Of a stretch of 64,000 nucleotides of DNA, positions 27,059-40,145 are shown piece after piece; the first letter of the stretch is position 1; each line of letters opens with the position of its first letter. Where the stretch lies: the NCBI GenBank assembly GCA_964016885.1, contig OZ024741.1:382664001-382728000 (forward strand), written 5' to 3'. The DNA comes from Eledone cirrhosa. Taxonomy: Eukaryota. The notes beneath the pieces are model-generated. The model worked only from the letters and a program-made list of their open reading frames with translations. It had not been told where the DNA came from and made no database searches. The position numbers and the translations under genes are program-made.

Positions 27059-30000
27059 GGACCAAAAAAGCATTTAGGAGATCCCAGAGGTAATAGACCT
27101 CACTGACGGCAGCTACCTCACCGTAATCGTCGAGGACAGAAGGTCAAGTTGTGTCGTTTGTGGTGAAGGAACCCACCTAAGGGCTTTCTGCCCTCAGGCT
27201 AAAAGGTTGAGGCCACCTCTCTTACCCACCCCAGTGACTCAACCATCAACACCACCGGCAGCAACAACAGAAGCAACTGTAACAGCAACAACCCCAGCAA
27301 CAGTAGCAAAACCAATACCACCACCACCCAAACGCCAGAACTACCACCAACGCCTACACCATCAACCACGCCACAACCATAACCAACGCGTCTGGAGGAT
27401 TTTCCAATCCCCGACCTATCGCAACTGGAGACAGATTGTGACGACGAGGAGTGGGAAACGGTATCAGGAAAAAAGAAAAAAAGAAAAAGAAACCAACAAA
27501 GAAAAAATTCTCTTCCTTCCGCCTCCAAAAACAAAATACAGAGGGAAACAAATAAACTATCAAACAAAAAAGTTTGGACAGCTATGCCGCCATCCACACC
27601 AGCATCACCGACCCCATCACCACAAACACCAACACCAACACCATCACCATCATTAACCCCAACACCGCCATCACCAACACCACAAAAGTCAACAAAAAGC
27701 GAAACAGAAACAAATCCACACCAAACGCAAACAAAACAAAACAACCAAAACGATACACACTACACGGGATTAAATTATTACACTACATCCAACACAACAC
27801 CGGCATCACAGAAAAGGACTACAGAACAACCCAAAAGTTCACACCACCTCTACACATACAAATCACTCGCATCACACAGAAAACGTACACGACACTAAAA
27901 CAAAAATTCCCCAAAGACATCGGAGGATTCCGAACAGCACTCTCCAGGAGGATTTATAAGGACATCCTTCCTGAGGAGGCCACAAACAGTGAAAAGGATG
28001 GAGAAACCATCCTTACTCTACGGAAGTAAGGTAAGTGGTCGTTCCCATTTTCCTCTACATTTCAACATGACCTCACTCAGAATAGGCAGCATAAATGCGC
28101 GTGGCTTGGGGTCGTCATGGAAGCAGGGTCACCTATTCAACGACCTCAGGTCACTAAACATAGATGTAGTGGCCATCAGCGAGACCAGAATCTCCGAAGC
28201 ACGGGCCTTCGCACCGATCTTCGGCGGCTACGATGTGTACGCATCTCCCAGACGTCCTGCATTGGGGGGGGGGAGCAATTGCTGTGCTTTTACGGACAAG
28301 TTTGTATCTCGCCATACGGGCCATCTTCCTAGACCCAGAAGGTAAGTTGGTGGTGCTGGTCGTGACCAGCGGAGACGGGAAAGCTTTTAGGCTAGTGGTT
28401 GTCTATGCCCCAACAGGAGCCTGATTTCTTCCTGCGTCTGGAGACCTTTCTTGGAACGTCCCGCTCTTTAGTGTTAGTGGGCGACTGGAACGGCAGCTTA
28501 GATGCACGCAGGGACTGTGTGGGATTAGCGGATAGGGGAGGAGGGTGCAAGAGCCTCACCAACCTGCTCAGGCGTTTTGAACTGTCTGACAGGTACCGAC
28601 TGGATTTTCCGAATGTGCCAATGTGGACTTGGACAAATCGCATAGTGTCATCCAGATCATATCTAGATAGAGTATTTTGTAGGGAAATAGATAGGTCTAG
28701 CATAGGCTGTCCACAATTCAAGATTATCAGCTACACGGACCACAAATTCGTGACCAAAAATTGACTTAGATAGGCTTCATAGACGAGGACCCGGCTACTG
28801 GAAGCTAAACGCGTCCTTACCAGCGCGCAAGGCCTACAGAGACCGGATTAGCGAACTATTTAAGCAGGCATTGACCGGACCATCGTCAACGACAAGTGGT
28901 GGTTTGCTATGAAAAGAGCGATTAGAATAGAGTCCATTAGGTTTAGTAAGGCTCTGGCAAAAGAGAAAAATAGAGCAGAGGGAGAACTAGTTAGACAATT
29001 AGACGAGGCGCTTAGCAAAGGCATCGCGACCATTTACTTGCGGCGAAATTGGCCCTTGAACAATTCTTCAATGCAAGGCACGAAGGCTGCGTTGTCAGAG
29101 CTATGGTGCGTGCTCTCAGACACGAGGGGACGAAAGCCGTTCAATGGGCCCGAGTGGCGGAGGCGCGTCGTGGCAACAAAGTCACGATCCGGTCTTAGGT
29201 GGACCACGACGGGCGCATGCTACTCGATCCCCGGCAAATGTGTGAAGCTTTTCAGTGACACTTCGCACAGCTGTTCGGGGGCAGCGGCGGGCCAGATCGA
29301 GGGATGGACTTTAGTGTCTACCTCGACGGACTGACGCAGCTCTCGGCCACTGAGGCGGAGTGTTGCGAAAAGCCGATAACAGCCACTGAAGTACGGGAAG
29401 CAATGACTGGCTGCACAAGGGGTAAATCGACTGGTTTGGATGATCTGCTCTATGAACTTTACGTACAGATGCCAGACTTGTTCGGAGGCCTCTAGGCGGA
29501 CGTCTACTGCAACTGGCAACAGAACGGGAGAATTCCCAGCTCTGTGAGCCGAGGAGCTGTGGCGCTACCGAGAAAGGATCTGAACAAGGGGGATAACACA
29601 GAGTTCAAGATTTTTGCCAAGGTGCTAGCAAGGGGTTGGCACTTGTCGTTGGTCGTCTGGTCGGAGAGGCGCAGACATGCGCCATTCCCGACAGATCCAT
29701 CCACGACAACCTCCACCTCATGCGATACATCGTAGAGAGTGTAGCTAGGGAACCTGGTTGGCGTGGGTCCTTGTTCAATTTAGATCAATCGAAAACTTTC
29801 GATAGGGTCGAACATCATTACCTAGCGGTAGTCCTGAGGGCGGCTGTCTTTGGGCCCATCTTCAGAGGCTGGATCGCTGTCATGCACAGCAACATCTGCT
29901 CTGTGGTGAGAGTGAACGGTCACCTTTCGGAACCGTTCAACATCATGCGCTCGGTCCGCCAAGGATGTCTCCTCTCGTCCCTCGTGTACGTATTGACTCT

Positions 30001-31072
30001 CGAGCCAATACAGCACAAACTAGAGACGTTGAGGGGAGTCCCGCACGAACTGGGATGCGGAAGATCCGGTCAGCATATGCGTACGATGCCACCGTAGTGG
30101 TGTCGAACGCCAAACTCATCGAGGCGAGCGGCACTACACTAAGAATATACGAAGCGGTGACAGGAGCAATGATCATCAAGGAAAAGTCAGTGGGCCTGCA
30201 GCTCGGCACCTGGAGAGGCAGGTCCATGCCGTCCAACAGCGACGCCGGGCGCTGGACGGACGGACCGGTTAAATTGCTAGGGGTCTGGTACGGTCCGGAC
30301 CTCCAGACCGACACAAACTGGGACGAGATGACGAGCAGATGGCTTCTACTAGCCCAGAAATGGGTGGAGAGGAGCTATCCCTGAAAGGTCGAGCGGAGTT
30401 GGCTAACATGTACATTGCGTCCGTCATCTACTACCGCCTTACCGTCGTAACATGTCCTAAGCCGCGCCTGACTGCGCTGGAGCGTTTGCTCTTTCGCTTT
30501 TTGTGGATGGTCAAGCGGTCCATCTGCTGTCAACACCCGATACGTGGAGGGCTGGGAATGCCGTGGCTGATCACGCGCTCAGGTTACCTCATCTCCAACT
30601 CTTCCTCGACGGTGATCATGTGTGGTCGCCGTTTGCTAGACGCGTCTTTCCCCAGCTCGTCTCCTTGACGGAGCTGCAGGCCTGGCTCAAGCGAAGACCG
30701 AGAGGGAGCGCTTGGAGACTGGAAGTCTTCAGGCGCTCACAGCCCTCGACCAATCGGGCAATGTGATCGGTGGAAACACCACCTTGGCGTTCTATAGAGG
30801 ATTAGTGGAGGGGAAGGGCAACGACGTACTTGGAGAAAATCTAGGCGTCGACGAAAATCAACTAGCCAATCTCTTCGGAAGGAATTTCGGGCCGGGGCCT
30901 ATGGACAACTTCCAGAAATCCCTGGCCTGGCAGTGCTACCGAGGAGCTTTGCCAGTTCGGGATAAACTCTACAGGCATGGAGGTGCCATCAGCAGGGCAT
31001 GTCCAAGATGCGCGCAGGGCGACGAAACCGTCCTGCATGCACTCGTCCAATGTCCGAGCATTGCTGACTTGT
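27059..31072 (+). mobile_element. Tx1-like LINE, truncated at both ends; same family as 34254-40125
   Basis: ORF1 CVVCGEGTHLRAFC knuckle, ORF2 start MTSLRIGSINARGL at ~28067, frameshifted APE and RT, ends after CPRC..HALVQC. Confidence 0.93.
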
Positions 31073-34000
31073 ATCCTAAAATCCCATAACACCTTCACCT
31101 GATCGTTTTCTATCACCGACTCTGGCTTATGCTCATACCACTTCTCATAATGTGGTAAATTGAAAATTACATCATGTCTCCAGACTTTATAGTGAGTCTG
31201 GGCTAGGTGTTTACACTCGGATACAATGTGAGCCACAGTCTCCTCTCTCTCTCTCCACAGATCCTGCACAGTGGGCTAGACTCCTCCTTGTAAATATGGT
31301 GTTTCAGCCACTTCGTTTTGAGGGCCTGCTCTTGCGCAGCCATTAGCATTCCTTCTATAGCCTTTTTAAGGTCTCCTCTTCTCAACCAGTTCCATGTCTG
31401 TGGATCTCTGAATTCAGTTTTCTCAAAGAAGGTACTGTGAAGGGATTTTTCATGAAGGTTGCTCTTTTTCCTAGTTTTTATTTTTTATTTGGACATCCCC
31501 TGGTCTGTTGTCCTCTCCTTCTGTACAATTCTGAGCATTGGCTCTTTACTATCGCTCACTTTTTTGTGTAGGTTGTTTTTCTCCATCTGAACACATTCCT
31601 CTATGCTGATAAGACCTCTTCCACCTTCAGATCTCCTTAAGTAGAGTCTATCGACATCACTCCTCTCGTGGAACATGTTGTAGATAGTCAATAGCTTCCT
31701 AGTCTTTCTATCCATTTCTTTTTGTTCAGCAACATTCCATCTCAGAATACCCGCACTGTACCTAATAATAGACACAGCTCGGGAATTTACTGCAAGTATG
31801 GCATTCCTACTGTTCAGATGTGACTTTAATACGCTCCTTACTCTCCGAATGTATTCAGATCTTATCAATTGCTTCATTTTTTTGTTCTTGATGTCATCAG
31901 CCTCCAGAACACCCAAATACTTGTATTCTTCTTCAGTGTCAATTTACTTTATCATCTCACCTGTTGGTACCTGGATTCCGTTGCTTCTGCTCAATTTACC
32001 CCTCTTCATCACAAGGACTCCACACTTACTAATACCAAATTGCATGCATATATCATTGCTGAAAATACGGACAGTGTCAACAAGCACATCCAACTCCTTC
32101 TCACTTTTCCCGAAAAACTTAAGATCGTCCATGAAGAGGAGGTGATTGATGGTAAGCTCTCCCTTTCCCAACTTGTATCCTGCTCTTACTTTTCGCAGTA
32201 TAATTGTCAGGGCATCAGGGCAAGGAGAAACAACAGAGGGGACAGACTATCTCCCTAGAAGATACCTCTCTTGATCTTCACGCCTCCCAATAATTCTCCA
32301 GCTGATGTTAACTCTGTTTTCCAGGACTTCATACTTTTGTCTAACAACTGTCTGATGTTATCTGCCACCTTGAAGATCTCTAGGCTTTTGGTGATCCAAG
32401 AATGAGGAACCATCTCGAATGCCTTTTTGTAGTCTATCCATCCCATGGCAAGACCAGTGTGTCTCCTCTTGCAATTCCTCATTACCATCTTATCAATAAG
32501 TAACTGGTCCTTTGTACCATGGGACTGCTTTCGGCATCCTTTCTCTTCGTCCGGTAACAAGTTGTTTGTGTGGAGGTGATGGTAGATTTCCTCAGACATA
32601 ATGCTTGTCAACAGTTTCCACATTACGGACAGACAAGTGAAATGTCTATAGTTACCCTTGATTCGGTCTTTCATTATCAGAACTGTGGTACCTTTTGTCA
32701 ACCACTCTGGTACCTCACCTGCAATCAAGCAGTCATTGAACATGGTTGTCAGTTTCGGGTGGAGGGATGTTATATTTTTAATCCAATACCCCTGCACATC
32801 ATCTGAGCCTGGTGATTTCCAGTTGGTTAGTTTTTTGGCCTGCCCCTTAAGAATTTCAACTGTGATACTCAAATCAGTTTGTTGGTGTGCCTGTTCACTA
32901 ATCTCCTTTTGTACTGTCTCAATCCACGCTGCCTGGTCATTATGTTTAACATCCTGCTCCCATATTCCTCTTCAGAATGTCTTAGTTTGTTCCTCTTCAG
33001 GGATCAAGTCGTTGCCTCTTCTTTCCCTTCAAGCTGTCCAAACAGCATCTTCTGGTTGTTCTCAAACATTCGGTTCTGTCTATACTGACTGACTCTGCTC
33101 TCGTATCGCCTAATTTTTGCACTCTTTGTTACAATGCGTTGCTTCAGTTCCTCTATGATAATATTCAGCTTTTTCCTACTAGTTTTGTACTTTCTTCCAG
33201 TGTATTTTTAGTGTCTATGATTTTAGTGTCCCATTAAGTAGGGACTTAAGCTTTCCAATGTCATTTCTGATTTCCCTGATTTGGCCACTCAGTCGTTTCT
33301 TCAACCAAGGCTCTTATCTTTTTTCTTTGTTGTTTCCTCTCGCTTTTATATCAAGTAATTTCCTCACCACATTTGCTGTTGCTTTGAGGATATTGTTGCG
33401 CTGGTGAAGGCTCCTCGCCTCAAGGTATGGGATGACTTTGTTTACTTTAGCTGTTGTTTCTTTTAACTTTTTCCTGTCTACAAATCTTAGGTTCATAGGT
33501 CTCCCACTATCATTGTTCAATTCATCTACCACTAAGTTTAGGATATCAACCAAATCTTGTCCTAGCCCGTCAGCATTCATCTCCTCAATGGCCGTATCTT
33601 TGTTCCAGGTATTATTTATTTCAGCATTCAGATCATTGTCTGCTTCGGATGGTTCCTCCGTTCTCTCAACCTCTTCACATTCATTTCCCACTGTCTCGTT
33701 TGCCTGGCATACTCCACTCTCCATTTCCAACCTAATCTCTCTACTCAGTTCCTCCAGTTCCAGCTCGCTTGTCCAGCTATTGGTTCTTATTACCCGAGCC
33801 TGCCCGGCCAATTTTTGTTCATCTAATTTAAATAGACCAATCTCGTTCCAGATGTTATGCATCCGTTTCCTATAGCCTTTCTTCTTGGGGTTACTCTTCA
33901 GGTAACATTGCATAACAGTTCTATTCAATTCTTTCGTCCAGTTGGTTCTGGTTCCTTTCCTTCTTCTTCTTCCTCCGATACCAGCAGTATTTGGTTGACA

Positions 34001-34180
34001 GCCAGGTCCCTGCTGCTGAGCCAGGGAGCACCTGCTGGGTGAGAGTCTGTCACATGACATTCTAGTCTCCACTTCACCGTTATTCGAACTGTTTAGGTTC
34101 GACATTTAAACACTCTTATCGAAGATTGGTGAATGTATGGTTACATAACCACCGGTGATTTAATCACCACCGATGATTTC
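31070..34180 (-). mobile_element. R4/Dong-clade non-LTR retrotransposon, 5'-complete, 3'-truncated, degenerate
   Basis: N-terminus WTKELN..VMQCY..GYRKRM..W..EQKLAGQ; RT NWKSPG, KDQLLID, WIDYKKAF, HLLFMDDLK; CRICG..HIVSEC finger; ends at VLWDFRIQ. Confidence 0.88.
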
Positions 34181-34181
34181 A

Positions 34182-34182
<1 letters not shown>

Positions 34183-34234
<52 letters not shown>

Positions 34235-34252
34235 ATTATTATTATTATTATT
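34183..34252. repeat. (ATT)n microsatellite between divergent 5' ends of R4/Dong and Tx1 elements
   Basis: Direct inspection. Confidence 0.95.
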
Positions 34253-34460
34253 GGCGACCTACGTAGTAAATCGTATCATCGTGAGCTCCGCAAAGGTTTG
34301 TTATTTCCGTTTGTTAAAAATTGCCATTCTTGGAAAATTTTTATTGTTAACCATATATAAGCATACATACATTGGTTTCCGAAAAGGACACCCAAAAAGA
34401 TTGGGGCCTTGTGCCCAAAATTTAAACTTTTATTATTATCAACAATTTCTTTGAAAAGAA

Positions 34461-36432
34461 ATGGCTAATTCACCTCTGCACCAAGCAGCTGAAAGCCTTC
34501 CTCACAAATTAACACCTCACACCGACACCACCATTGTAAATGTTACTACGTTTGCCAACACAAAAAAAAATATAAGCAGTAGCAATATTTTAAATTTGTC
34601 TCAGGCAGACATTCATTTCCCGCCATTACCAATGACTGCAGGTGTTAAAGCCTCCACCACCACCACCACCACCACCGCGACAACCACCACCCCCACCACC
34701 ACCGCGACAACAGAAACAAAAGAAGAAAAAAAAATTAACTCGTGATGTCGAAATGAAATCAAGCAAAATGGACTCTTCCCCACCAAAGACGACTGACGTC
34801 ACCACCACCACAACTGAAATTAAAATTAATATTAACACAAATAACGATAGCAACAACAACAACAATGACATTATAAAACCGACCCTCAGTTTCGCCATCG
34901 TTACAAAACAGTTCGAAGCATTTACGGTAACTCAGGAGGATTTAGGAAATGCCAAACAAATGATAAAGAAAGATGGGTACAGGGTCAGCCTAATCCCCCA
35001 CCTAATAAAATGGAGCATCGGCGTCTATGCACCGTGTCGTATAGAACAATAAATGTAAAATCTCGCCGAGTGGAACGGGCATCCGAGTCCCAAATCCAAA
35101 AAGCTTTGGGACATGTGTGGGCAAGAAAAACCCACATCAGACGTGGGCAAAAGTATGGAACCGTGGACGTGTTCTTTGAAACACCAGAGGAGGCTAGAGA
35201 ACACTTCATGGCCACATTAAGAAGCTATTGTGGCCAGAGACTCGTAAAGATCAGGGTGACCCACGTTCCACCGGCCATCGAAATTCCCTGGCTAATAGCG
35301 GCCGTCCTCGCCGGCATTGAAGCCAACATAAAAATAATAGCAATAGCAAAAGAAAAGTAGGAGAACTGGTCCGGATCTGGGATGGATCTCCTGATCCAAG
35401 TGGACCAAAAAAGCATTGAGGAGATCCCAGAGGTAATAGACCTCACTGACGGCAGCCACCTCACGGTAATTGTCGAGGGCAGAAGACCTAGGTGTGTCGT
35501 TTGTGGTGAAGGAACACACCTAAGGGCTTTCTGCCCTCAGGCTAAAAGGTTGAGGCCACCTCTCCTACCCACCCCAGTGACACAACCATCAACACCACCA
35601 GTAGCAGAGATGGCAGCAACAACTGTAGCAGCAACAACAGAAGCAACTATAACAGCAACAACCCCAGCAACAGTAGCAAAACCAACACCACCAACACCAC
35701 CAACAAAACCAACACCACCACCACCCAACGCTTCAGAACTAGCACCAGCGCCTACACCATCCACCACGCCACAACCAAAACTAACGCCTGTGGAGGATTT
35801 TCCACTCCCCGGCCTATCACAACTTGAGACAGATTGTGACTACGAGGAGTGGGAAACGATATCCGGAAAAAAAAAGAAACCAAAAAAGAAAAAATTATCT
35901 TCCTTCCCCCTCCAAAAACAAAATACAGAGGGAAACAAATAAACTAAGAAACAAAAAAGTTAGGACAGATATGCCACCATCCACACCAGCATCACCAACC
36001 CCATCAACCCAAACACCAACACCATCTCCATCATTAACTCCAACACCACCATCACCTACACCACAAAAGTCACCAAAATGCGAAACAGAAACAAACCCAC
36101 AACAAACGCAAACAAAACAAAACAACCAAAACGATACACACTACACAGCATGAAATTTGAACAACAAGCAATTATTACACTACATCCAACAAAACACCAG
36201 CATCACCGAAAAAGACTACACAACAACCCCAAAATTCACACCACCTCCACACATACAAATCACTCGCATCACACAGAAAACGTACATGACACTAAAACAA
36301 AAATTCCCCAAAGACATCGGAGACTTCCGACAAGCACTCTCCAGGAGGATTTATAAGGACATCCTTCCTGAGGAGGCCACAAGCAGTGAAAAAGATGGAA
36401 AAACCGTCCTTCCCCTACGAGAAGTAAGGTAA
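34461..36432 (+). pseudogene. Tx1-like ORF1 (CCHC zinc knuckle, Pro/Thr-rich linker), disrupted
   Basis: Track fragments from 34461 to 36432 join across frameshifts and stops; CVVCGEGTHLRAFC is CX2CX4HX4C. Confidence 0.85.
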
Positions 36433-36466
36433 GTGGTCTTTCCCATCTTTTCCACTCCTTTTCAAC

Positions 36467-39400
36467 ATGACCTCACTCAGAATAGGCAGCATAAATGCGC
36501 GTGGCTTGGGGTCGTCATGGAAGCAAGGCCACCTGCTCAACGACCTCAGGTCACTAAACATAGATGAAGTGGCCATCAGCGAGACCAGAATCTCCGAAGC
36601 ACAAGCTTTCGCACCGATCTTCGGCGGCTACGATGTGTACGCATCTCCCAGCCGTCCGGTATCGGGGGGAGGAGTTGCTGTGCTTTTTCGGAGAGGTGTG
36701 GATCTTGCCATACGGGCCATCTTCCTGGACCCAGAAGGTAAATTGGTGGTGCTGGACGTGACCAGCGGAGACGGGCAAGCTTTCAGGTTAGTGGCCGTCT
36801 ATGCCCCGACAGGAGCAGGGCGGCCTGATTTCTTCCGGCGTCTGGAGACCTTTCTTGGAACGTCCCGCTCTTTAGTGTTAGTGGGCGACTGGAACGGGAT
36901 CTTAGATGCATGCTGGGATTGTGTGGGATTAGTGGATAGGGAAGGAGGGTGCAAGAGTCCACCAACCTGCTCAGACGTTTTGAACTGTCTGACAGGTACC
37001 GAATGGATTTTCCGAATGTACCAATGTGGACTTGGACAAATCGCATAGTGTCATCCAGATCATATCTAGATAGAGTATTTTGTAGGGAAATAGATAGGTG
37101 TAGCATAGGCTGTCCACAATTCAAGATAGTCAGCTACACGGACCACAAATTCGTGATGTGTGTGCTTGACTTAGATAGGCTTCATAGGCGAGGACCCGGC
37201 TATGGAAGCTAAACGCGTCCTTACCAGCGCGCAAGGCCTACAGAGACCGGAGGAGCGAACTAGTTAAGCGTGCGTTGACGGGGGCCATCGTCAACAACAA
37301 GTGGTGGTTTGCTCTGAAAAGAGCGATTAGAATAGAGTCCTTTAGGTTTAGTAAGACTTTACCAATAGAGAAAAAAAAAGCAGAGGGAGAACTAGTTAGA
37401 AAATTAGATGAGGCGCTTAGCAAAGGCATCGCGACCGACGTACTTGCGGCGAAATTGGTCCTTGACCAATTATTCAATGCAAAGCACGAAGGCTGCGTTG
37501 TCAGAGCTAGGGTGCGTGCTCTCAGACACGAGTAGACGAAAGTCGTTTAATGGGCCCGAGTGGCGGAGGCGCGTCGTGGCAACAAAGACAGGATCCGGTC
37601 TTAGGTGGACCACGGATGCGGATGCTACTCGATCCCGGGCAAATGTGTAAAGCTTTTCAGCGACACTTCGCTCAACTGTTCGGGGGCAGTGGCGGGCCGG
37701 ATCGAGGGATGGACTTTAGTGTCTACCTCGACGGACTGCCGCGGCTTTCGGCTACTGAGGCGGAGTGTTGCGAAAAGCCGATAACAACCGCTGAAGTACG
37801 AGATGCAATGACTAGTTGCACAAGGGGTAAATCGCCTGGTTTGGATGGTCTGCCCTATGAATTTACGTACAAATGCCAAACATGTTCGGAGGCCTCTTGG
37901 CGGACGTCTACTGCAACTGGCAACAGAACGGGAGAATTCCCAGCTCTGTGAGCCGAGGGGCGGTGGCGCTGCTGAGAAAGGATCCGAACAAGGGGGATAA
38001 CATAGATAATTTTAGGCCCATAACTCTGCTAAACACAGAGTTCAAGATTTTGGCCAAGGTGCTATCAAAGCGGTTGGCGCTTGTCGTTGGTGGTCTAGTG
38101 GGAGAGGCACAGACATGCGCCATTCCCGACAGATCCATCCACGACAACCTCCACCTCATGCGATACATCGTAGAGAGGGTAGCTAGGGAACCTGGCACGG
38201 GTGGGTCTTTGATCAATTTAGATCAGTCGAAAGCCTTCGATAGGGTCGACCATCGTTACCTAGAGGCAGTCCCGAGGGCGGCTGGCTTTGGGCCCGTCTT
38301 CAGAGGCTGGATCGCTGCCATGCACAGCAACATCTGCTCTGTAGTGAGAGTGAACGGTCACCTTTCGGAACCGTTCAACATCATGCGCTCGGTCCGCCAA
38401 GGATGTCCCCTCTCGTCCCTATTGTACGTATTGACTCTCGAGCCATTACTGCACAAACTGGAGACGTTGAGGGGGATCCCGCGCGAACTATCATGCGGAA
38501 GATCCGTGTCAGCATATGCCGACGATGTCACCGTAGTGGTGTCGAACGCCAAACACATCGAGGCGATCGGCACTACACTAAGAGAATACGAAGCGGTGAC
38601 AGGAGCAATGATCAACCAGGAAAAGGCAGTGGGCCTGCAGCTCGGCACCTGGAGAGGCAGGTCCATGCCGTCCAACAGCGTCTTCGGGCGCTGGACGGAC
38701 GGACGGGTTAAATTGCTAGGGGTCTGGTTCGGTCCAGACCTCCAGACGGACAAAAGCTGGGACGAGGTGACGAGCAGGGTGGCTTCTCTCACCCAGAAAT
38801 GGGCCGAGAGGAAGCTATCCCTGAAAGGTCGAGCGGAGGTGGGGAATGCGTACATCGCATCCGTCATCTACTACCGCCTGACCGTCGTACCTTGTCCTAA
38901 GCCCCGCCTGACTGCGCTGGAGCGTTTGCTCTTTCGCTTCTTGTGGAAGGGACGCGCTCCGATGGTTAGGCGGTCCATCTGCTGTCAACACCCGCTACGT
39001 GGAGGGCTGGGCATGCCGTGGCTGATGATGCGCAGACACGCGCTCAGGCTACGACATCTCCACCTCTTCCTCGACGGTGATCAGGTGTGGTCGCCGTTTG
39101 CAAGACACGTTTTTCCCCAGCTCGTCTCCTTGACGGAGCTGCAGTCCTGGGTCAAGCGAAGACCGAGAGGGAGCACTTGGAGACTGGAATGTCTTCAGGC
39201 GCTCACAGCCCTCGACCAATCGGGCAATGTGATCGGTGGAAACTCCACCTTGGCATTCTATAGGGGATTAGTGGAGGGGAAGAGCGACGACGTACTTGGA
39301 GAAACTCTAGGCGTCGACGAAAATCAACTAGCCAATCTCTTCGGAAGGACTTTCGGGCTGGGGCCTATGGACAACTTCCAGAAATCCCTGGCCTGGCAGT

Positions 39401-39882
39401 GCTACCGAGGAGCTTTGCCAGTTCGGGATAAACTCTACAGGCATGGAGGTGCGGTTAGCCGGGCATGTCCGAGATGCGCGCAGGGCGACGAAACCGTCCT
39501 GCACGCACTCTTCCAGTGTCCGAGCATTGCTGACTTGTGGGTTTATGTCGAACACCTGCTGTCACGTGTAGGATGGATCCAGCTATCAGCTGAGTCCATC
39601 GTGAGGATTGCCCCGCCCCCTTGCTTTAGCCTGGAAGGGCAGGCAGTTTTTATTTGTCTGGTGGCCATGGCGAAAGAGATAGTATGGTGGACACGTTTGA
39701 AAGGGCTGAAGACGAGCACTTACCTCTTCGGTGATGCCCTGATTAACTTTTTCAAATTTCATTTGAAAAGGAAAATCAGGGTAGAGAGGGAAGTGCTCTC
39801 TTCCCAGCATTTTGTTGAAAGATGGGTGAGAGAAGCAAGTATGGCCCGAATGAATGGGCCTTCTCTGAGTATGTGTCTGTAA
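36467..39882 (+). pseudogene. Tx1-like ORF2 (APE endonuclease, RT, zinc finger); 669-aa open segment 37873..39882
   Basis: SINARGL, AISET, GDWN, YLDR, TDHK; NFRPITLLN, LDQSKAFDRV, VRQGCPLS, YADD, CPRC..HALFQC; several upstream frameshifts and stops. Confidence 0.95.
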
Positions 39883-40145
39883 ATTAAAGGTGGAAAACTG
39901 GGAGAGGGCACTTGCCCTGGTGGTCAGGGCCACTGTGGTCTTTTAATGGGCTTTCTCCACAAATGTCCCTTGGAAGTCTCCCCCCTATTGGGGAATTTTT
40001 CTTTGTTATTTTATTTCAACCTCTGTTTTTTTACACGCAGAAATGCCCATTTGTACCGTCCTGTATTGTCCTGTACTGTCCTTAATGTATACTTTATGTG
40101 AACCCTTGTGGTTAATAAAGAAAACATTATTATTATTATTATTAT

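Larger units (their letters stand above)
34254..40125 (+). mobile_element. Full-length (~5.9 kb) Tx1/L1-clade LINE flanked by (ATT)n
   Basis: 5' GCGACCTACGTAG shared with the copy ending at 55126; ORF1 and ORF2; 3' CCCTTGTGGTTAATAAAGAAAAC-(ATT)n. Confidence 0.95.

Noticed and set aside
34130-34182. HDV-like ribozyme at the R4/Dong 5' end
   Set aside because: Two small hairpins are visible but no nested double pseudoknot could be built
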